Shown here: in pieces, positions 38,377-48,853 of the stretch
Numbering within the stretch: the stretch's first letter is position 1
Layout of the letters: each line of letters opens with the position of its first letter
DNA from: Minisyncoccia bacterium
Lineage (GTDB): Bacteria; Patescibacteriota; Minisyncoccia; Phycocordibacterales; UBA918
NCBI GenBank assembly: GCA_046598345.1
Contig: JBKJIT010000001.1
Coordinates: forward strand, 108,251-172,250
Length of the DNA stretch: 64,000 nt
Direction: 5' to 3'
Position numbers and translations under genes: made by a program
Notes under the pieces: generated by a model
Database searches by the model: none
What the model saw: the letters and a program-made list of their open reading frames with translations, nothing else
Told to the model about the DNA's origin: nothing

Positions 38377-39354
38377 ATGAATCACATTTTCAAAAAATTA
38401 GGTTTAAGGATCCTACAACGGAAGCCGCATATGTACTCAAAGTCACTGATCTTTAATGTGCTAGGGATGCAAGTATATAGGACTGTAGTGTTTTATCTCT
38501 GGCGCGTACTACGAATACCAATACGCATTGATCCAAAATTTAAACCTCACCTCGAAAGCTTATTTGTAAACGGCTATATTGCGATTCCAAACTTCTTCGG
38601 ATCCAGCGAGTACAAAAAGATCTATGATGAATACTTCGCACTTCTGCCCCAGTTTGAAAAGAGCGGTAGTCCCGTTGATCTACCGCATGTTGACCGGATG
38701 GATATTTTGGATAACCGAGTTAGTGAGTTTTTCAGAAATTCTTTTTGTAGGAATGCTCTCATTCGTGGACTTGTAGCTGCGTATCTTAATCGTAATTTCA
38801 ATATGCCATATGAAGTTGATCTTACGCGCATATATCTTAAGAATCTTGAGGAAATGAAATTACCGCAAAACGGTGGCACTAACAATTGGCATTTCGATGC
38901 ACCGCTCCGTACGTTAAAGGCATTTTATTACGTAACTGATACTGCAAAGGAGAACGCTGCACTCCAATACTGTGTCGGTTCGAATAAGCGCAATACCCTA
39001 CGTCGTCTTTGGCTCGAATACAAATTGAGCATCCGATATGCTTATAATAAAAGAAATCCCAGCCATGGTGGAGAATACAAGGACGGCGAGCCGTGGGTAG
39101 TGCTTACCGATGCAGAAATGAAGGGCCATGATCTGAAGGAAATGTGTATGGAAGTTGAGGCAAATACCTTAGTCATTGTTGATATCGGTGGCTTTCATAA
39201 GCGCGGCGAATTCAGCTCAATTAAACCGCGAGATACCGTAGAACTTAACTTTCGTAACATTGATACCATTCGGAATGAACTCTATCCCATTGAAAGACAG
39301 TTTCGTAAGAAGTTACCCAAGTTTGACCATAAAGTCAGGACGAATGTTGCCTAG
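38377..39354 (+). CDS. Phytanoyl-CoA dioxygenase-like Fe(II)/2OG oxygenase
   Basis: GYIAIPNFF, WHFD (HxD), KAFYYVTD, GFHKRG (distal His). Confidence 0.75.
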   Translation: MNHIFKKLGLRILQRKPHMYSKSLIFNVLGMQVYRTVVFYLWRVLRIPIRIDPKFKPHLESLFVNGYIAIPNFFGSSEYKKIYDEYFALLPQFEKSGSPVDLPHVDRMDILDNRVSEFFRNSFCRNALIRGLVAAYLNRNFNMPYEVDLTRIYLKNLEEMKLPQNGGTNNWHFDAPLRTLKAFYYVTDTAKENAALQYCVGSNKRNTLRRLWLEYKLSIRYAYNKRNPSHGGEYKDGEPWVVLTDAEMKGHDLKEMCMEVEANTLVIVDIGGFHKRGEFSSIKPRDTVELNFRNIDTIRNELYPIERQFRKKLPKFDHKVRTNVA

Positions 39355-40149
39355 CCCGATTTCTTTTTTGATATCGGATTCATTTACGACTCCATCTTTT
39401 AAAGCTTTTTTCACAACGTCAAAGAAAAGGTTTTCAATCTGTCTATTAGGGTGGGGAGCATAATGTGTCGGGTACCTTCCTAGGAGCTTGTATATTGGCT
39501 CACGAGGAATGATACCTAGTATGGTCTTCATCTTATTTCGGGTGAAATCAATAGGTAGACCAGTCTTCCAGGGCTGAGTGAGTCTTCCTGTCATATGAAT
39601 CATTTTTGTTTCTTCCGTGTATTCATCGAGGTGATTCCAGATGCGGGGAAGCGGAGTGATTGATGTTTCTTTACGTAAGTCCATTAACTCCCGATATGTT
39701 AGGGCACGGTCATGAAGTGCAGCGAGGAAAGTCCGAATATTCCAATGTGTTAGTTTCGCACAATTAAGCAGCATCACACTCGTATCCCATGCATCTTTCT
39801 TAGGACATGCCGCTATTGCATGACCCTTTAGATCAAAAGAAAAAAGTTCCTCGATATTGGTGAGTGCAAAGATGTCTGGATCAATAACCACGGCAATTCC
39901 TTCGTACCCCATAAGTTCGGGCGTCATAAAGCGGGAAAGGGTAAAAGACTGCAAATCAGTGTTGGTATATATTCGCTCGTCACCCTCCACATACGTGTAT
40001 ACAGTACCTATAAAATTCTTGAAAATATCAATTTCATCCACGTTCATTATTTCAACATTGGATCCGGCCTTTGATTCGATGGCATACTTTGCTATACGAG
40101 CGCCAAAAAGCTGTTTATTGTTTGTTTGAATAAATACAGTAGGTTGCAT
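39313..40149 (-). CDS. GT8-like glycosyltransferase
   Basis: FTLSRF, IDPDIF (DxD), SVMLLNC, WNHLD, IHMT...QPW. Confidence 0.7.
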   Translation of the reverse strand: MQPTVFIQTNNKQLFGARIAKYAIESKAGSNVEIMNVDEIDIFKNFIGTVYTYVEGDERIYTNTDLQSFTLSRFMTPELMGYEGIAVVIDPDIFALTNIEELFSFDLKGHAIAACPKKDAWDTSVMLLNCAKLTHWNIRTFLAALHDRALTYRELMDLRKETSITPLPRIWNHLDEYTEETKMIHMTGRLTQPWKTGLPIDFTRNKMKTILGIIPREPIYKLLGRYPTHYAPHPNRQIENLFFDVVKKALKDGVVNESDIKKEIGLGNIRPDFMVKLG

Positions 40150-40159
40150 AAGCCATATT

Positions 40160-41962
40160 CTACACTAACTCATACTCATGCATGAGTATTGCAAGGGAGA
40201 GATAGAAATGTAGTGCCTTACCGGGCCATTTTTCATCACGTTCGACAACCTGTTTGATTTTCTTCCAGTCAATAATTTCATTTTTGTGCTCCACTGCACT
40301 CAATATATCTAAGAAATGTTCTTTGTAGGTATCGTCGTACCACGCTTTTACAGGAGCACGCCAGCCGGTTTTTTCTTTCCTTTTAGAAATATACTGTGGA
40401 AGTTTTTGGTCATATATTTCACGTAGAAATATTTTATTTGAATCTGCGGAAATATACTGCTTCGATGAGATGTGTGTATCCATGTATGTTCGAAGGGGAG
40501 TGTAGGCAAGTGGACAGCGCATTTCCATCGACTGGCTCATATACAGTTTGTCTGAGCGTATAAAATTTTCTGACGCGAGCCAAAAGAAACGATCGAGAAG
40601 CATTGCTCGATATACGTCATCCGTTTTTTTGCTATAGATTGGCAAAAGCAGGTCTGTCGTTTCTTTAAGGTATTTCCGTACATTTGATTTTGTATTTTTC
40701 GTTGAAAAAGTTGAAGGTAGACCTCGAAAGTGTAAGAAAATATCCGAGATTTCACTGTAATCTGTATCATCATTATTACGAACACTTTTTATTACGTTTA
40801 CTCCGTATGATGTAAGCAGTCTTTTGTAGTTCTCAACCCTTTGTATGAGTCTGTAGTGAGGATATCCTCCAAACAGCTCGTCCCCACCGTCTCCGGAGAG
40901 TACAACGCGTAATCCTTGGCCATGTATTCCCTCAATGCATGCTGTCTGATAATAAATAGGAACAGAAATGTTATAGTTGGGCTCCTCAATTGCCTTGTAT
41001 GCGTTTATAAAGTTTCTTAGATATGACTCTTTCGTGATCTGAATGGGAGTAAATTCCTGATTAAAATCTTTAGCTAATTTCTCTGCAAGAAATGCATCAG
41101 CGTTATGAGATTCATCCCCGCCTTCAAATGTGGTACTGAAGGCATGTATGGTTCGCCCAGCTCGAACACTTTCATAGAAAATGAGTGAAGAGTCCAGGCC
41201 ACCACTTAGATTTATAGAAATTTCACGCTTACTCTGAAGATGGTCTACTATTGTTTGTGATATAGCCTCTCCTGGACTGAGACGGTCGTACTCGGATTCA
41301 CCGCTCGAAATAAACAATTCAGACGAAAGAAGGGATGTGTTCATGTCGAAAGTCATGACTTCAGACGGGTGTAGTTTACGAACATCAGAAATAAACGTTC
41401 TATTTCCTGGGACGTAACCGATACTTGTAGCAACTTCAATGGCTAAAAGATCAAGATCTCGCTTAATAAAGGGAAATTTTAGTATTGCCTTTAATTCCGA
41501 AGCAAAAACAAACTTCCCATTTACGAAGGCATAGTACAAGTTTTTTTGACCTGACTGATCACGGTAAAGACGTAGAACCTTTTCAGCCTTATTGTACAGG
41601 GCAATCGCAAACATTCCGTGAATATGCCTAGCAAAATCCCATCCATGCTTCTTTATAAGTCTAAAGAGGAGTAGCGTATCGACGGTCGTTGCAACCCCGG
41701 TAACTCCTAGATCACGTTGGATAGCTGCAGTGTTGTAAAGTTGTCCATTAAATGCGAGTACCCATGGACTCTCTTCATTCATTACAGGTTGAATAGACTC
41801 ACGAATGTCACCACGGATTGCTAGGAGGAGATGACTAATGAGGACATTCTGATCTTCAAAAGTTCCTATGTAGTCTGGTCCTCGATGATGTTGCGTTTCG
41901 CGGGCAGCATTAAAATCCCTTATTTCTAGCCCCCCTTTAGTAGCGCCGATGATGCCGCACAT
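40160..41962 (-). CDS. asnB: Second asparagine synthase-like amidotransferase
   Basis: MCGIIG, HRGPD, FNGQLYN, LSGGLDSS, SGDGGDELFGGY. Confidence 0.85.
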   Translation of the reverse strand: MCGIIGATKGGLEIRDFNAARETQHHRGPDYIGTFEDQNVLISHLLLAIRGDIRESIQPVMNEESPWVLAFNGQLYNTAAIQRDLGVTGVATTVDTLLLFRLIKKHGWDFARHIHGMFAIALYNKAEKVLRLYRDQSGQKNLYYAFVNGKFVFASELKAILKFPFIKRDLDLLAIEVATSIGYVPGNRTFISDVRKLHPSEVMTFDMNTSLLSSELFISSGESEYDRLSPGEAISQTIVDHLQSKREISINLSGGLDSSLIFYESVRAGRTIHAFSTTFEGGDESHNADAFLAEKLAKDFNQEFTPIQITKESYLRNFINAYKAIEEPNYNISVPIYYQTACIEGIHGQGLRVVLSGDGGDELFGGYPHYRLIQRVENYKRLLTSYGVNVIKSVRNNDDTDYSEISDIFLHFRGLPSTFSTKNTKSNVRKYLKETTDLLLPIYSKKTDDVYRAMLLDRFFWLASENFIRSDKLYMSQSMEMRCPLAYTPLRTYMDTHISSKQYISADSNKIFLREIYDQKLPQYISKRKEKTGWRAPVKAWYDDTYKEHFLDILSAVEHKNEIIDWKKIKQVVERDEKWPGKALHFYLSLAILMHEYELV

Positions 41963-42015
41963 ATTTCATGTATTATATATTAAACTTTCTAAAAGGAGGT
42001 TTGGTTAAAGAAAAT

Positions 42016-42975
42016 ATGGATATTGATGCATCTGCTAGGTCAAGGAAGGTTATACGTGAAGCGATTAATTCCCTCAAGGAATTTCAGAATCTCGATGAGA
42101 GATTTTGGAACGAGTTGTGTTCCCGTGTTCAGAATCGCAAGGGTAAGCTTGTGCTTACGGGAGTGGGGAAGTCAGGTTACATCGCTATGAAAGTTGCTGC
42201 CACACTCACAAGTCTTGGAAATTTTGCGACGTTTATACATCCTGTTGAAGCAATGCATGGAGATTCCGGTGGGGTAACTGAGGGGGATACGGTAATTGCT
42301 TTCTCGTATTCTGGAAACACAAAAGAACTGATTCAGTTTATGCGTCACATCAAGGAAAGAATGGAAGTGTCTTTGATTGGTGTTACAGGTGCGAGGGATT
42401 CACAACTCGGCAAACTTTCAGATATGGTGATCCTTATTACAATTCAGGAAGAGGGTAGTCCGTATAACCTTGCTCCTATGGCATCCACCACAGCAATGCT
42501 TGTTGCCGGGGATGCACTTGCAGCGGGTCTAACTTCTCCACAGACTTTCACAAAAAATGATTTCGCTCGTTATCACCCAAGTGGTACACTCGGCTTTTCA
42601 CTCACCTCAGTGAAAGAAAGAATGTTACCTCATACTCCTGACGATATGGTTGGTGAAGATACTGAACTGCAAGAAGTGTTACTCCATATGAGCAACATTG
42701 GAAAGGGGATAATTGGGGTCATTTCCCCGAATGGCGCACTTACGGGAGCAATAACCGATGGTGACATACGGAGATTCCTATGCACAAATATTTCAATCGA
42801 AGGTGCACATGCAAAAGATGCAATGAATGTGACGCCAAAGTATGTTCAGCATAACCACACACTTAAAGATGCACTTGAGATGATGGAATCTTTTAAGATC
42901 ACAAATGTCTTTGTTATCAACGAGGAAAGCATACCAATTGGCATCCTTCACATGCATGATATTTTAAGCTCATGA
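42016..42975 (+). CDS. kdsD: Arabinose-5-phosphate isomerase (KpsF/GutQ, SIS plus CBS domains)
   Basis: GVGKSG, HPVEAMHGD, SYSGNT, LAP.ASTT..L..GDALA, HPSGTLG, TDGDIRR. Confidence 0.9.
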   Translation: MDIDASARSRKVIREAINSLKEFQNLDERFWNELCSRVQNRKGKLVLTGVGKSGYIAMKVAATLTSLGNFATFIHPVEAMHGDSGGVTEGDTVIAFSYSGNTKELIQFMRHIKERMEVSLIGVTGARDSQLGKLSDMVILITIQEEGSPYNLAPMASTTAMLVAGDALAAGLTSPQTFTKNDFARYHPSGTLGFSLTSVKERMLPHTPDDMVGEDTELQEVLLHMSNIGKGIIGVISPNGALTGAITDGDIRRFLCTNISIEGAHAKDAMNVTPKYVQHNHTLKDALEMMESFKITNVFVINEESIPIGILHMHDILSS

Positions 42976-44441
42976 GAGAAGAGATAGATTTTAGTTACGC
43001 CCTCGAATTTTATAATCGATTGGAAGCTGTCCACATGGACAATCTCCCCCTCACGAAATATTTTGAATGTGAAGGGTCTGACTATTGGCAATTTTACAAA
43101 CAGAGGATTTTTGAAGAAATTAAGACTTTTAGTCGAACAAAGCACATAGTGCGACCAAGGGCGAATCGTTTTAGTAAGACGGTAGATTTTTGCGTGTATG
43201 TCGGGGTCGTTCTCTCAACTGTGTTTTCTTTAATGCGTAAAAGAAAGGCGCTAGTGTATGCAATTGATAAAGTAGACCCAGTGCACAAGAGTGATTTTAG
43301 GCTTTCTACCGTGTATGCATTTCTTAAGAGAGCACAGATATCTTATCTAGAAATCTTCCATACCGTGATAGGGGGTGCGACCATCAAGCATTTCTTTCAG
43401 CGAAGGCGAATTGTTACCTACCTCGAAGCAGCCGATCGTCTCTATCCCATAGCAGTATGGCTCAAGCTCCATAAGCCTCTCGAGCTGGCTGTAGTTACAA
43501 ATATAGCCCTAGAAAATTTTAGTGAAAGAGAAAGAGAATTCGCCATTACTCTCATACAAAAATATCTACGTCAAATCGATATTTCTCGTTTTAAAATTAT
43601 GTTTTTTTCCTTTCTTATGCGAAAAAGCAAATGCAAAATATTTCTTGCAATTGACGATGCTCGTTATTATTACGAACTCTTAAGAGCGGCAAAACTTGCC
43701 AAGGTTCCAAGCTATGCCTTCCAGCATGGACACTTTACGAAATACCATGTTGGATGGCTTAGATCTAATAATCAGTATGGCGAGTCGACCTATCCAGATC
43801 ATTTTTTAGTTTCGAGTGAATATTGGAAACAGGAACTAACTAGGTTGGGTGGGATTATGCCATCACATACTATTCTTGTCTCTGGAGACAAGACGCCTAC
43901 ACCAGACACTGCGTTTAGGGACATGCGTGAGGAAAGTAAGATACATATTCTTATCCCTTACGAAACAGCGTGCCCAAAGCATGAAGTTGCAGTGTATATA
44001 CGCAGCTTTCTGAGTATAAAAAATGTTCATGTGATATTTAAGCTTCGCCCAGATATGTCTACAGCTGAACAATTGAAGGAGTACGGCCTACAAGAATTAA
44101 AGGACTCACGGTTTGAGACCGCGGTAGATATTGGGGAATGTATAGAAAGAGTAGATATAGTTGCTGGAGTCTATTCAACATTTCTATATGACATGATTTT
44201 ATATAAGAAGCGAGTTGTTATCCTTGACACCTCATCTGATTATGGTGAGGGCATGTACGAAAACGGCTTGGCGGATCTTTTGAAGCGAGGGCGTGATCTT
44301 GAGACTTTTATATGGCAAATTAAAAAATTGCCGGACTCACTAATTGTGGAAAGAAAAACAAAATTATTAGCTAATGGAATTACACTGGAACAGACATTGA
44401 AAGATATAGTTGAAAAACATATTCATGACCGATTACTTTAA
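42972..44441 (+). CDS. Putative GT-B glycan transferase (QHG motif; capsule/ulosonate transferase-like)
   Basis: AFQHG, FKLRP, YSTFLYD motifs; overlaps the kdsD stop. Confidence 0.55.
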   Translation: MREEIDFSYALEFYNRLEAVHMDNLPLTKYFECEGSDYWQFYKQRIFEEIKTFSRTKHIVRPRANRFSKTVDFCVYVGVVLSTVFSLMRKRKALVYAIDKVDPVHKSDFRLSTVYAFLKRAQISYLEIFHTVIGGATIKHFFQRRRIVTYLEAADRLYPIAVWLKLHKPLELAVVTNIALENFSEREREFAITLIQKYLRQIDISRFKIMFFSFLMRKSKCKIFLAIDDARYYYELLRAAKLAKVPSYAFQHGHFTKYHVGWLRSNNQYGESTYPDHFLVSSEYWKQELTRLGGIMPSHTILVSGDKTPTPDTAFRDMREESKIHILIPYETACPKHEVAVYIRSFLSIKNVHVIFKLRPDMSTAEQLKEYGLQELKDSRFETAVDIGECIERVDIVAGVYSTFLYDMILYKKRVVILDTSSDYGEGMYENGLADLLKRGRDLETFIWQIKKLPDSLIVERKTKLLANGITLEQTLKDIVEKHIHDRLL

Positions 44442-44558
44442 GGTAAGTCCTGTAAAAGATGTTTTCGACATTTTGTTTTCGTTATTTTTTCTAGATTGTT
44501 TTGATCGCGTGAGAAACCTTGCTCTGGAGACCAAATTGCTTTAACTAATCAGAGTAAT

Positions 44559-45818
44559 TTACTTAGGACGATACATTTTGAACAAAATATAGAGCATAAA
44601 ACAATGCACAATATAGAAAATTAGAAGGGAGAAGACAGCGCCCCATATACCATATATAGGTACTAAGATAATGAGCGGTATAATCCGAATCACTGGTTTT
44701 GTAATGTTGAGTATGTACAATTCTTTTTTACTTCCGAGTGAGGTTAGTGCTTGTGTATAAAGGGTAAGAGGAATAGTGAAGAGTGTAAGAGAAAGTACTT
44801 GGGAATATCTCACTGCTTCTTGATATTCAGGAAAAAAATGGATAAAGAGAAATTCAGCGAATGTAATATAAGAAAGAATAAGGACGATGCTAATAAGAAA
44901 AGTAATAAACATTTTATGTGGAAGCGCATCCCTCAGTTCTTCATAGGTGCGTGTACTAAATTTCGGCAATATAAGTGAACGAATGATCTTTGAAGTACCA
45001 TGAAGTTGCCGTATCGGAGCGAGAGCAATGGCATAGATAGCGAGAGAGGTTGCTCCTAGAAGCTGAAAAATAATGACTTTATCAATATATGTAGAAAAGT
45101 TAGAGAATGAATCCATGAGACTCAAGTGTTTTCCCAAAGAAAGAGATTTGTTGTCTACAAATGCATTTTTGTCGATCTTCCTGACCAAGAGAAAATAACG
45201 AACTGAAGAAATAATCATATTTGAAAGAAAGAGAGTGAGCACAGCATAAATGACATCTTCAGTGAGATAGGCAACCAGGATGACACTAGTTGTGATAGCA
45301 ATATTTTTGTATATGTTATCGTTAGCAATCTTAGTAAATTGTTTTTTGCCGTTAAAATATGATCCGTAGAGTGAGGATGCATATAAGAGAGGCGAGCAGA
45401 GCCCGATAATTAGGAGCGAGTATCCGAGAACATCATTATTCTTGTAAAGGTAGTATGATCCCCCCAGAAGTGTTAACAACGATACGGGAATGGTCCATTT
45501 AAGTTTAAGAAGGAAACCTTTTATTAGAGTACGCTCAGATCCACGGGCCACTGCTTGCGCTACTGAAATGTCCAATCCAGAGAGAGTAAATGCAGCAATC
45601 ATACTGGCGATTGAAAGAATATACGCATAAAATCCGTACTCAGCTGGATTAAAGATTCGTACCAGGCAAAGGGTAAGTACAAATCCAGAGATACCGGCAA
45701 AGATTTGACCAATAGTAAGTACCATAGTTCCTTTAGCCAAATACCGGACATCTGTCTTAAGGTAAGGCTGTAATCTACTTGCAAGACGATTAAGAATATA
45801 AATTGATCTTTTTTTCAT
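44559..45818 (-). CDS. wzx: Oligosaccharide flippase (Wzx/MOP family)
   Basis: About 12 TM; EYG.YAY..S, IDK..I...LG...LAIYAIA, YGIWGA. Confidence 0.85.
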   Translation of the reverse strand: MKKRSIYILNRLASRLQPYLKTDVRYLAKGTMVLTIGQIFAGISGFVLTLCLVRIFNPAEYGFYAYILSIASMIAAFTLSGLDISVAQAVARGSERTLIKGFLLKLKWTIPVSLLTLLGGSYYLYKNNDVLGYSLLIIGLCSPLLYASSLYGSYFNGKKQFTKIANDNIYKNIAITTSVILVAYLTEDVIYAVLTLFLSNMIISSVRYFLLVRKIDKNAFVDNKSLSLGKHLSLMDSFSNFSTYIDKVIIFQLLGATSLAIYAIALAPIRQLHGTSKIIRSLILPKFSTRTYEELRDALPHKMFITFLISIVLILSYITFAEFLFIHFFPEYQEAVRYSQVLSLTLFTIPLTLYTQALTSLGSKKELYILNITKPVIRIIPLIILVPIYGIWGAVFSLLIFYIVHCFMLYILFKMYRPK

Positions 45819-45908
45819 TGGTATATATAACGCTAGGTAGCTTCGCTTTGTTCTATATATTTAACCTTAAATATAGTATAGTTTTGAAGAAAAATATCAT
45901 ACATTAAC

Positions 45909-47015
45909 GTGGAACAAGAAAGAAAACTTAAAGTCTTATCAGTTTTTCGGTCGCATCTCCTTGAAAACCGCGGGACGCCACTTCGCGTTAAATCACTTAT
46001 TAGTCACTTTAGGGGGGATGTCGACCTAGAATGGCATACGTGCACCCTGGATAGGGAGAGTCCGCTCGGTTTGCCGCATATCTCAATAATGCATGATCAT
46101 TTATATGATATTCGGAAGATCGCTTCGTATGCCGAAAAAAACAATATCAATGTTTTGATCTTCCACAGTGTCGCTGCAGCATTCTATCTTCCTTTTTTAA
46201 AACTGCTAATGCCCCGGAAAAAATTTGTGCTTGAGATGCACGGGTTTCGTGAAGAGGAAAGTCTTCTCTATGGAAGTATTTCAAAATTTACGTATAATCG
46301 CGATCGTCTCTTTTATAGCGTGATCTACAGGCTCGCCAATCTCATTACTACGTGCAGCGAAACTGCAAGTCAACGAATGAGGAAATATAATAAGAATGTT
46401 GTAACCGTTTATGGTGGTTTTGATCCAGTTTTATTTAATTCACATGTTTCTTCCGGAAACTTTATACAAAGAAATGCCGAAGATATTATCGTTGGATATG
46501 CGGGCGATGGTCGGAAATGGCAAGGTCTACCTTTTCTATTGGATGCGTTTGATAAGCTAGTTCAACTACATCCGAAGTTTAAGCTAGCACTGCTTTTAAG
46601 TGAAAACCGTAAGATTCCTGAGCGACCATACATTCAAGTCTTAGGGGCACTACCACATGATATGGTAGCCAGGTTTACTGTTGATTGTGACATCTTAGTC
46701 ATCCCCCGTATTCATTCACCTGTAAATGAACTTGGGTATCCCTCTAAATTAATGGAATACATGGCGATGGGAAAACCTGTGGTAGGAAGTAGAACAAGTG
46801 ATATTCACAAAATAATTCGTTCAGGGGAAAATGGAGTTCTTTTTAATCCTGAAGATGTAGAAGGCTTCATTGAAGCAACAAGTAGTTTGACAGAGAAGGA
46901 AGTGCGTAAAACAATTGGGAAAAGAGCAGAAGAAACCGCCTTTGCCGGATTTACGTGGGAAATACAGGGTGCTCTTTTTAAAGATGCTATTTTTAAGATA
47001 GGAAGAAGATATTGA
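45909..47015 (+). CDS. Glycosyltransferase family 4
   Basis: WQGL, YPSKLMEYMAMGKPVV. Confidence 0.88.
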   Translation: MEQERKLKVLSVFRSHLLENRGTPLRVKSLISHFRGDVDLEWHTCTLDRESPLGLPHISIMHDHLYDIRKIASYAEKNNINVLIFHSVAAAFYLPFLKLLMPRKKFVLEMHGFREEESLLYGSISKFTYNRDRLFYSVIYRLANLITTCSETASQRMRKYNKNVVTVYGGFDPVLFNSHVSSGNFIQRNAEDIIVGYAGDGRKWQGLPFLLDAFDKLVQLHPKFKLALLLSENRKIPERPYIQVLGALPHDMVARFTVDCDILVIPRIHSPVNELGYPSKLMEYMAMGKPVVGSRTSDIHKIIRSGENGVLFNPEDVEGFIEATSSLTEKEVRKTIGKRAEETAFAGFTWEIQGALFKDAIFKIGRRY

Positions 47016-47079
47016 TTTATTTCTATTTGTATTGTATAATATCTAGGTAAGTTCATTTCATCTTTAGAAAGGGGTTCAA

Positions 47080-47670
47080 ATGTCTGCTCAAAGACCGATG
47101 GAGCAAGTTGTTGATAGCGATTCAGTACAGTTGGTGGCAAACCAGAAATTTCACCACCTTGGCAAAAACGGGGTACCTTATTTTCGTTTGAGGGTGCAGA
47201 GGTTGCCGAATGGGGATGTGTATCCCATGATCTCCACACCGGATGCGGCAAGCGTGCTCCCCGTTGAATGTGACGCAGCGGGACTCATAGTTGGGGCTCA
47301 CTTCCTTTGTCAGGAAAGACCGGAGTCTGAAGGTGTGATTACCAAGGCGGTGGGTGGGTACTGCAACCTTGGTGAAACCCGGGAGGAAGCTGCAATTCGA
47401 ACACTTCGGGCTAAGATGGGGATTGTTACGGAAGTCAAAGATCTGATCCCCTGTGGTGAGGCATATGGCTATGGTGACCAATACAGATTTCCGGTCTCAT
47501 GCTATGTATCGAAGGCGTTCTTCGTTGATCAAGACGCGGTTTTAGGCTCGGGGTGTAAGCGTCGTTTCATGACGATTAAGGAGGTTGCGGACACCCATCG
47601 CAAGAATCGATTCTTCAGTGATGACACTGTGCACTTGATCGCTACGATCATGTTGCGAAATGCGATGTGA
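47080..47670 (+). CDS. Nudix-fold protein with a degenerate Nudix box
   Basis: GYCNLGE-TREEAAI-RTLRAKMGI fits the GX5EX7R..xxGU spacing; own SD-like site and terminator (47696-47720). Confidence 0.65.
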   Translation: MSAQRPMEQVVDSDSVQLVANQKFHHLGKNGVPYFRLRVQRLPNGDVYPMISTPDAASVLPVECDAAGLIVGAHFLCQERPESEGVITKAVGGYCNLGETREEAAIRTLRAKMGIVTEVKDLIPCGEAYGYGDQYRFPVSCYVSKAFFVDQDAVLGSGCKRRFMTIKEVADTHRKNRFFSDDTVHLIATIMLRNAM

Positions 47671-47770
47671 GATGCATACGAGTGGTAAATTGAATGGCCG
47701 GGGATCTCCCCGGTCTTTTTCTTATTCAGAATTAGCTTGCATATTCTTGCTGTGTGTGGAGAATGAATGG

Positions 47771-48853
47771 GTGTCAAAACGGTCATTTCTTGTTGTGTTG
47801 GGAGCGCGTCCGAATTTCGTAAAGGCAGCGCCCTTTTTTCGTCGTGCAAAAGAGTACCCAGAATTTGAATTTAAGCTGGTCCATACTGGACAACATTTTG
47901 ATGACAATATGTCTAAAATCTTTTTCGAGGAGATGCAAATCCCCAAACCGGATATCCATTTAGACATAAAGGGTGATTTTCACACAGAAAAAATAGGCAA
48001 AATGTTTACAGCTCTAAAAGAGGTGGTCCGCACTCACGGACAGGATGGTGTAATTGTTTTTGGAGACATTAACTCGACCCTCGCTGGGGCTGTTGCTGCT
48101 GCTACTGAACGAAAGCGGATCATTCATATAGAATCCGGTCTACGTAGCCACGACCGAAGAATGCCTGAGGAAATCAATAGAGCGATCGTTGATCACCTCA
48201 GTGACCTACTTTTTGTGACCGAAGAATCCGGGAAGGAGAATTTACTCAAGGAAGGTATATCTGAGGAAAGGATTCATGTTGTAGGAAACATTATGATTGA
48301 GAGTATTGAGCTTTTTAAAAACCATTTTCATAGTTCAAATGTGCACGAACAACTCTTAACCACTCCCCAAGATTATTATGTTGCCACTATACATCGTTCT
48401 GAAAATACTGATGATGTGCACATTTTAGAGAAGATTATGAATATTCTAGATGCACTTTCAAAAGAAAAGCCGATTGTTATGCCACTTCATCCAGGAACTC
48501 GTCAGAAATTACTGAATTTTGGACTTGAAAAAAAATTGCAAGGAATTAAAGTAATCGAACCATTGGGTTACATAGATTTTATGAAACTCGTTATCGATTC
48601 ATCCGGTGTAGTAACAGACTCGGGAGGTATTCAGGAAGAAACTTCTCATTTGGGCATTCCATGTAGTACGCTACGGGAGAACACCGAGCGCCCAATAACC
48701 GTATCTTTAGGATCTAATAAGTTGTTTAACATTGATGACATTTCTTTAGAGGCTCTCATTGCCCATTTGGGAAGGAAAGATTTTAAGTCGAATCATATTC
48801 CACTTTGGGATAAGGATGTCAGTAAAAGGATTTTAGATATTTTAAGAAAATGA
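47771..48853 (+). CDS. wecB: UDP-N-acetylglucosamine 2-epimerase (non-hydrolysing)
   Basis: GARPNFVK, HTGQH, ESGLRS..MPEEINR, DSGGIQEE; start moved to GTG 47771. Confidence 0.93.
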   Translation: MSKRSFLVVLGARPNFVKAAPFFRRAKEYPEFEFKLVHTGQHFDDNMSKIFFEEMQIPKPDIHLDIKGDFHTEKIGKMFTALKEVVRTHGQDGVIVFGDINSTLAGAVAAATERKRIIHIESGLRSHDRRMPEEINRAIVDHLSDLLFVTEESGKENLLKEGISEERIHVVGNIMIESIELFKNHFHSSNVHEQLLTTPQDYYVATIHRSENTDDVHILEKIMNILDALSKEKPIVMPLHPGTRQKLLNFGLEKKLQGIKVIEPLGYIDFMKLVIDSSGVVTDSGGIQEETSHLGIPCSTLRENTERPITVSLGSNKLFNIDDISLEALIAHLGRKDFKSNHIPLWDKDVSKRILDILRK

